From IMG/VR virus record IMGVR_UViG_3300026292_000006, positions 1 to 64,000 of that record: a stretch of DNA of 64,000 bases. One strand, written 5' to 3'. This DNA is from a virus. Shown one piece after another: positions 34,801-43,800 of the stretch (positions within the stretch are counted from its first letter, which is position 1; every line of letters starts with the position of its first letter). The notes under the pieces were generated by a model. That model worked only from the letters and a program-made list of their open reading frames with translations, searched no databases and was not told the DNA's origin. The position numbers were made by a program, and so were the translations under genes.

Positions 34801-37800
34801 AGTCAGTTGTAACTGACCAAACATGTTGAAACCTGCTGGGTGGTTATTCTCAAGGACTTGAGTTTTCCACTCAGTAATTGGTGTTTCAGACTTAACAACA
34901 TAAGAGAAATTCTGATAGAAGAAACTATCTTGAATCTTCTGGACAATCTCAGATGGTTTACCAATATCATCGATGAATCTACCTGGAGTTTCAGTTAGAG
35001 AACCAATATTCAATACACCACGAGCAATACTCAAGTTATCGATAATACCAGATGCTTTAGAGATAATACCAGTTACCTTTTCACCTGCTTTCCAATCACC
35101 AGTATAATCAACAATCTTAAGAATCTTAGGACCTATTTGCCAACCAGTATTTGTAGAAACAATACCTGTAGCAGTAGAAGTTTCAACAGTAGATCCTTGG
35201 AATACTTCTTCACCTTCAAGGAATCTGGAGGTTTCTACAACAGCAGTTGCTTTACCACCAAATACTTCAGTAAGAAGTGTCTGACGACCTTCACCTTGAG
35301 TTAGGAAGGTAATATAATCACCAGCTTGTGCTGATTGTAAAGTAAGACCAAATCTTATCTGGTCAGATTCAAGACCTGCTGCTTCACCAGCAATAGCATA
35401 GTAAACCTGTCCTTCAACCAAACTGGTTAAACCTGCGGTACTTGGTTTTGGTAATTCACCAACTGTAGTACCAATTGTATCTGCCCTAAACTGAACTTCG
35501 GCACCAGTTGTAATACCGTGCGGGAAGTTAAATTGTAGATAATTAAGGTCTAAGTTAACAACGTAGTTAAATTCTGATTTAAGAGTAACAGTTGGTTCAG
35601 AAGAGTAACCAGAACCAGGATTCTTAATGATAATCTCATTAAGACGATTATTCTTAACAACTGCTTCAGCAGAAGCACCAGATCCACCACCACCTGTGAT
35701 TACAACAGCAGGAGTTGAAGTATATCCAGAACCTGGATTTGTGATAGTAATCTGACTTAGAATTGAAGTATTAAAGAGTTGTAAGTTAACAGGGAATGTA
35801 ATCTCTGGTTTTAGAGTATAGTCATGAGAATAACCGAAACCAAATTCATTATTCTTCAGTCTCTTAATCTTACCAATATTAGTACCTGTTAAGAATACAG
35901 ATGCACCTGTGCCTTCTTCTGGAATAACAACATTAACTGCACCACCAGAACCTGCTAACTGACTACCCAATATACCAGGAATAGCATCAATATCAATAGA
36001 TGCAGTTGTATATCCTTTACCTGGGTCAGTTACAGCAACGTTGGTTAGTGTGCCAGATCCAACAGTATCATCAACTTCAACGGTAACAGTACACTTAGCA
36101 CCTTCACCATCTCCAGCGATAGGGACATCATAGTAAACACCTGGAGCATATTCAGTACCACCAGAGGTAATAACAACCTTCTCAATCTGTCTGAATGATG
36201 CAATGTCACTAATGATAGGTAACTTCTGATAGAAACCACCAGCAGATACCAGTTTAATACTATTGATAGGTCCAACTGCTCTTAGAGAAGTAGTTGAATA
36301 ATAGGAATATGGATTATCAAATTCGTCGTTAATTATTTCAGCTGATTGTCTCTCTGGCTCTTTAAGTAGAGGGAATTTGAATTCAGTATCACTTACAATC
36401 TCAGAGATTGCAAAGGTACCATCGAAAGGAGTTGTGATAACATCGATGAATGAATTCTCCCCAACAGGTGAATTAGCACCAACCCTAGATGGGTCAAAGT
36501 AGTAAGAGATATTAGTTACATCACCCAATACAGAGAATTTAACGAATGGGTAAGATCCACCACCAGAAGGAACACCAGGAGTACCAGACCTTTCAATGTT
36601 ATTGAAAGAGTATTCTAGTTTATACTGGTTATCTTGAGAGAATGATAGGTAATATCCGAAGTTAGTTGTATCAGAGATATCAAAGACATACTGATGACTT
36701 CTAGTAAATTCTAATGTAGGATGCTTCGCATATATGTTAATGTTACTAATAGCATTAGCATTAAATGCAGGATCATCTAGTGCAACTTCTCTAATACCAA
36801 ATGTAAATTCTCTAGTGCCAATTACTTGGTCAACAAAGAAACTACCATTGAATTGTAAACCTTGGAATCCTTCAGTGAATAGAATATCACCTACTTTAAA
36901 TCCATGAGCACTATTTGATGTGCAATAGATTTGATTAGTTCTGGCCGTTGCTGTGCGTATGAGGTCTTTTTCCAGACGAGCAGTAACAGTTATCTTCTTA
37001 ACTGATGCAAACCCAGAGATAACAACACTCTTCTCATCTTCAGCAACAGTAACGTTACCAGAGTTAAGACTTACAACGTCTTCTGGAATATAAGTTGATC
37101 CAGGATGAATCTCTTGAATTTGGACTGAATAATTATTACCTTGGTCATAAGGAAGATGTCTTGTATAAGTGGCAATGGATTCGCTAGTAGAAACGTGACT
37201 CCAAGTTACACCACCATCTGATGCATCTCCAGTATCATGAACAGGTGGTGTAGTGCCAGCAACTCCAGCACCACCCGATGCAACGGTATAAACGTTTAGT
37301 TTATGCCAAACTTTTTGTCCTTCAACATATAGAAGACCACTATCCCATTCAGGCATATCCATGCCAAGATACTGAGGACGTGGATAAGGATGCTGAGTTA
37401 AATCAATAGTAAACTTACCTGCATCATCAATGAATGCCCAGTTGATTACGCCATCACTCTGGACACCAGCAGTATGTTCTGGAGTAATAGTACCAGAAGT
37501 ACCAGCACCTTGTGCTTCGTAAATCTTCTTATCACTGTATACTCTATCACCCTGAGCATATGCTGTACCTGCTGCCCAAGGAGATTCAGGCTCTTCAGTA
37601 TTGAAATATGTACCAGCAATCTGGTTAACATCACCAACATCAGTCCTATAACGGTCTGTGTTATTGAATGTACCGTAAATCTTACCAACTTTATACTTGG
37701 TGCCAACACCAGGATTTAATAGAGTTCCTGTTGGAACTTCTACAATGGTGCCATATGCTTGAGTTACACCAGCTGTGTTGAATTGTTGGATAATAGAACC

Positions 37801-40800
37801 CTTAGTCAACTTAATATCTTGACTGAAGGTAAACTCCATTACATTATCAATCTTCTGATACAATGCATCACGCATGTAGAACTTACTGATTACATCAGCA
37901 GTAATGAGTAACTTCTTACCTTGTGGTGAAGGAATAGTAGAAGTCTTAGATGCATATTGATATTGTTTCTGCGTTAATGTGTATGTGCCAGGAATATAAG
38001 TGGAAGGTGCCTGAGACATATCCAATATCTGAAGACCACCAGGACCTGCTTCCCATAATGTAATAGCACCAGCACTGAGAGCAACCCATGTAGTTTGAGT
38101 TGAAATATCAGTTAGAGCAAAATTAGTATACTTATCAATTCCAGTAGCAGTATATGATCCACGACGACTGTGAAGTCTATCAAACTTAACTAAAGCAATA
38201 TCAGAATCAGATGTGGTTACTGGAAGTTGGTCAGAAGGCATTGTATATGCAGCAGTAGCATATGGTGCCTTATCATCAACTACAAGGTCATCAATCCAAC
38301 CAATGAATGAGTTACCAGCTACAGGTCCAGAATACTTACCAGCAATGGTCATATCCTGTAAACTAATATCAGATGTGCTCTGATAACTTACTTGTTGGTT
38401 ACCATTAATGAATACTTCATAACGGTATAAACCAAGTGACTCTTCTCTCTTCTGGAAGGTTACATGACACCAAGCAGCACCTGCAAATGCAGTCCAGTTA
38501 GTAGCAGAGGTAGAAACTGCAACCTCAACACTATTAACGTATAATACCCATTTCTCGAAGTTTGCACTATTTGAATCTCCATCAAGCTCAACTTGAATAG
38601 AATCTCCAGCAATAGGAGTTAAATCAAAGAATATTGGTTTGGTATTCTGTGCAGACTGTTGTGCAGTTGCTAGAGAGAACCAACCTTGGAAAGACCACTC
38701 AGGATTTTGAAGATTATAACCTGAAAGTTTAATTGGGCAAACTGCACTTAGTTTTAGTGCGGAAGTACCAAATCTGTAGAATGATGTATCTAATGATGCA
38801 TCAGGTACAGAATAAATGTTGAATGTTGCTGTATTCTGCTTAGTGTTATCAAAGTCAATATCACCAGCAGTATCAAAACGATATGATGCTAATTGGTCAG
38901 ATTGCTTACGATTAAGAGTAACAATGCAATCACCAGAGTTATCAACAACATGGTCTTTTGCTTGCCAACCAATGTTGACTGTATCATCAACTTTAGTTTC
39001 TGAGATAATACTACCATCATACTTCATGTAATGGATGATAGAATAACGCTGATTCTGACTCTCTACTACATCACTGATAAGAGTATAGTTGCCAAATACG
39101 TCAACACTAATACCAGCATGATTGATTGAATCAATACTACCAGAAACAGTAACAGTCTTAGTCCATTCCCATTGAGTATTAGCAGTTGCTAATGGGAATT
39201 TATTAATTTGAATGCTGTCAAACTTAGCAGCACCATTATCATAGATGTCCCAAATAAGGACAACATCTTGATATTCGTCAATAACGAAACGTGGATTTCT
39301 TACATATCCACCAGTAACAGGGACTTGACGAATCCAACTAATTTCAATGTTTGCACCATCATAATAGAAGACACCAAATAATACATCATTATTTTCTTTG
39401 TTGACACCGACAAACATAAAGTTGTCATCAGATATCCACTGAATTTGATGTAATTCCTCATCACCATCCTCAGATGCAATCTTACGTTTCTCAACTAAGT
39501 CTCCATCCAAGTCACACTGGATAACCCACATATCATTAGGATCTGGTGAGTTAGAATCAGTATAACCTGCAAGGTAGATATTCTTATCTTGGTCTAAGCA
39601 GATAGAAGTTACCCAATCTCTACGGGTGCTACCAGAGATACCTGCAATTGCTTTCTGCCATTTGAGGATACCATCAGGAGCATTAGCATTATTAAATCCA
39701 GACTCATATAGACCCATCCAAACATCAGGATTGAATGTAGCATTGTTGGGGTCATAATAATGTCCTGTGACATATATCATGTCATTCTCAAGACTTGAAT
39801 CAAGATGCATTCTTGCAAATTCAAGTTTCTTCTGACCTACGTTTTGAGGTATTAGAGTCCTTTCCCAAATGAGCTGACCTAGGTCATCAAACTTGGCAAG
39901 GAATGCTGCCATATCACCATCAGTCTCAGTGATACTACCGCAAATATAGGTATATCGGTCAGGTGATTGAATTGTATGATGTACATTAATTGTACCAGTT
40001 GCCTCATGGTATTCAGACAACCAATAACGAGTCTTTTTAAATTGCTGTGGATGTGATACTCTGATTTGAGGAGGATTATCTTCATCATAACCATTACCAG
40101 AGTTAATGATATTGACAGTTTCAACTTGACCTGTCATCTCACGTCTAATCTCTAGTTGAGCATCCTGTCCTTGAGGAGTGATAACCTCAAATGTTGGTGG
40201 AATATCTTCAACGTATCCACTACCTTCCTGAAGGACGTTAATTCTTTCAACACCTGCTACAACCTTAACACGGTAGACTTTATTGGTGTTATCAATGACA
40301 GGACGTGAGTTAACAATAACTTCATCTTGTTGACGAAGCTCATGTCCCTCTGATGTAGTAATATGACCATAGGGACGGTCACCAATCATCTCCTTATTAT
40401 AAGAAACGATTTGTTGACCCTTAACAGATTCAATAAGTGCAGATGCACCAAAACCACCAGTACCTTCGTTATCGAAGAATACGGTGTCATTTACCTGATA
40501 AGATTCACCTGGATTCTCAACTACGAATCCGTCGATTTGAGCGTTTTCAAATTGGGTGGTTGTTTCAACTTCGATGTCAACTCTGGATTCCGTTGATACA
40601 GAAGGAAAGTAATCGTATATCTGTAGCGTTGCCTCCTCCGACATTTCAAGAATTTCTTGTTGCTCATCAGCATCAATAATTCCATCATTATTGGAGTCTT
40701 GAATTTCAAAGATTAAAGGATATCCTTCTATCTCAGTAGTAAGGACATCTGCTTCTTGGTTAGGTTGACGGTCAACATCAATGTCAACTTCAGCAAATGG

Positions 40801-43800
40801 GTCTCTATAACGGACAACACCTGATGGGATATTCTCCTGAGTTGCAACTTGAGAGAAGTTCCAATCATCTGGTAGTGAGTTAAACTGAGGACCCATAATA
40901 TATGGGAATTGTGCTATACCTGCGTCACTACTGTCGATAGTGATAAAGTAGGCATATGTGCCCTCTGGATACTCAGGTGTTTTACAGAATCTACCGTTGT
41001 AATTGTCAAGGTCACCAGACTGGAAATCGTAATAATAGTCAGCAACAAACTGACCAGCAGGATAGGTACTAAGTGATGGACCATCTATACGAGCAGGGTT
41101 AGGATTAGTTGTTTCATCATATACAACATTAGTCTTTAACTTATATGAGGTACGCATCCTTCTGATACCACTATTCTGGTCAGTAGGATCGATATATCCA
41201 TAAGGACCATAAATTGGGTTACCATCATAAGCCCAACCTATAATAGGAGAGTGCTTATAGTTGGATGCTAATTCTTGGAATTGTTGTGTAACAGGATTGA
41301 GGAATACGTTATCTCCAACAACATATCTCAATTCTTTAGGATCTGATAAGTGAGCATACTCACCACCAAACTGGTTGTTATATCCAGTGAATACATAACC
41401 ACTTGCTATGTCATAATTGTCAGCAAGGTCAAATTCTAGGTTTCTATTCCACTGATATACAGTAGGTGTAAATGACGCTAATTGACCCACTGCTTCGAGT
41501 CTAACGGTGGTCATTCCTTGTGTATACCCAATACCCTTGTTGGTAATAGTTACACCTAATACACGACCTTTATCTTCTCCGATTGTGCCGATAGTTGCTC
41601 TAGCAATAGCACCAAATCCATCACCATTAATAATGACATTAGGAGCAGTTGTATAAGAATTACCAGAGTTAATAATAGCGATAGATACGATTCTACCGTT
41701 AATAACGATTGGTTGTGCTAAAGCATTCTCACCAGAGTTAACTCTAACAGAAGGTAGAGAAGTATATCCTGTACCTGGATTAATAATACTGATGCTAGAA
41801 ATAGCACCTCTAACGTTTGCAGTTGCTTCTGCTCCAGTACCTCCACCACCTGTGATAGAAACACTAGGTTGTGATGTATAACCAGATCCTGGTTGCTCAA
41901 CTAGAATTCTTGTTACTCTACCACCAGTAATAACTGCTTGAGCAGTAGCACCGATACCACCACCTCCAACAATGGATACTAGAGGTGATTCTGTGTAACC
42001 AGTACCTTCAGCAGTTACATCGAAACTTTGAAGACTACCATTAACTATAACTTCAGCAACAGCACCAGATCCACCACCACCTGTAATTTCAAGGTTTGGT
42101 TTAGCACCAGCGTCATATCCTTCACCTACTTCATCTACACTGATATTAGTGATAGGTCCAAACTGGACATACTCTTTAGACTTGTAAGACCAGATAGAAA
42201 CACCATTAACCCAAGCACCAATTGAGGTACCTGCTGCAACGTCTTTACGTTCGGAAATAGTCTGTACAAGTCGTGGGAAACGAAGAAGTTTCCTTTGGTT
42301 ACCAGGAATAAGTGCAGATCCTGTAAAAGGTCCTATTTTGTAGTTTGGAAGACCAGATGCTGCAACATAAACGTATTCATCGTTAAAGAAGGAATTTTGG
42401 ATGTTAGTAGTGAATTCACTAACAACTTTGTTGATTGAAGTAACAGTTGACTTACCTCTATTCAAATCAACGGAAAGTAGGATATTTCCTTGAGGAATAA
42501 TCTCTGTAGGAGTTGCAATCTCATATGAGAAGGAATATGCGTCCAAACGAGATGTAACGACAAATGTGCCATTATAAACAACTGGGTTTGCACCATAGAT
42601 GGTTACAGTGTCTTCAACGAGTAATCCATGTGGATTATCGCAAACAATAGTCGCAGTTTGGTTATTAACTCCTCCTGGGGTTACAGATGCAACTTGGATG
42701 AGTTTTTTAACGTTATATAACCAAGAACTCAATCTTTGGTCTTCTGCGGTCGATCCAAGGTTTGCAACCTTCAATTTATCGCCTTTTAGGTAATAACTAC
42801 CCGTATTATCCAATACAGTCGTTCCAGCTTCGGCAATACCCAAAATACGCAATTTACACTCTTGTGCAGTGCCTCTATTGGTATAAACGAAAATATCCGA
42901 GTAAATAATCGTACCAGGATCCCAATCTTCGACAAGTCCGTTTTTAGAGCGAGTACACTCGATAAATTGGTTTAAAGACTTCTCTTTATACTGAACTTGC
43001 TCATCATCGTTAAGAATGATGGTACCATTCCTCTCAGGCCATCCAATAGTCGAGTCAACGGTAATAATCTGCCCTGTAGTCGTTAATGGCTCTACAAGTT
43101 TGGTTTTGTAAGGAATTACGAAGGATCCTTCCAAAGTTTCTTCGGAAATCGCTAATTCGTAGATAACATCAGTACCTTCGATGATTGTGATGACATTTTC
43201 AATCAGAGCACTTGCATCTTTGACATTATTGTCTACTGGGTCGGTATATTGATTAACTTCAGAGTCAATTAGGTTTGAAGGGTCTCCAGAAATCAATTCT
43301 GCCCTTAAAACGGTATCTACAACCCAAGTAGCGTGAGATGGACTAATAATCTCATCTTTTGGATAGTAAATATCGACTTCTTCACCAAATAGGATTTTAA
43401 AGAGGTATTGAGTCGCTAATTTAGTACCTTTTGAGATATAGAAGTCAGTAATATTCTTAATTACCTGAACTGGGTCAATTGACGTAAAATCAATGTCAAT
43501 AGTCGGTAAATACTGTCTCCTAAACTTATCGAAGACTTCTTTGATGAATAAAGAGTCTAAATTGACAACTGTCTGTCCACTATTATGATTTGACTGCCTT
43601 AGAGCAGCTTCACCAGCATAAATCTCGTTATGGAGGTTATCATAAGCAACAGGACCTGAAACTCCTCTAGAACACTCCAAGAAAGCACTAGGAGCATATC
43701 CTATACCCTCTTCTAGGATATCAAAACCAGTAACTTGGTCAAATCCTACATCTACCGATGCTCTTGCCTTCTGAGGTTCAGCAATGTAGATTTTAGGTGG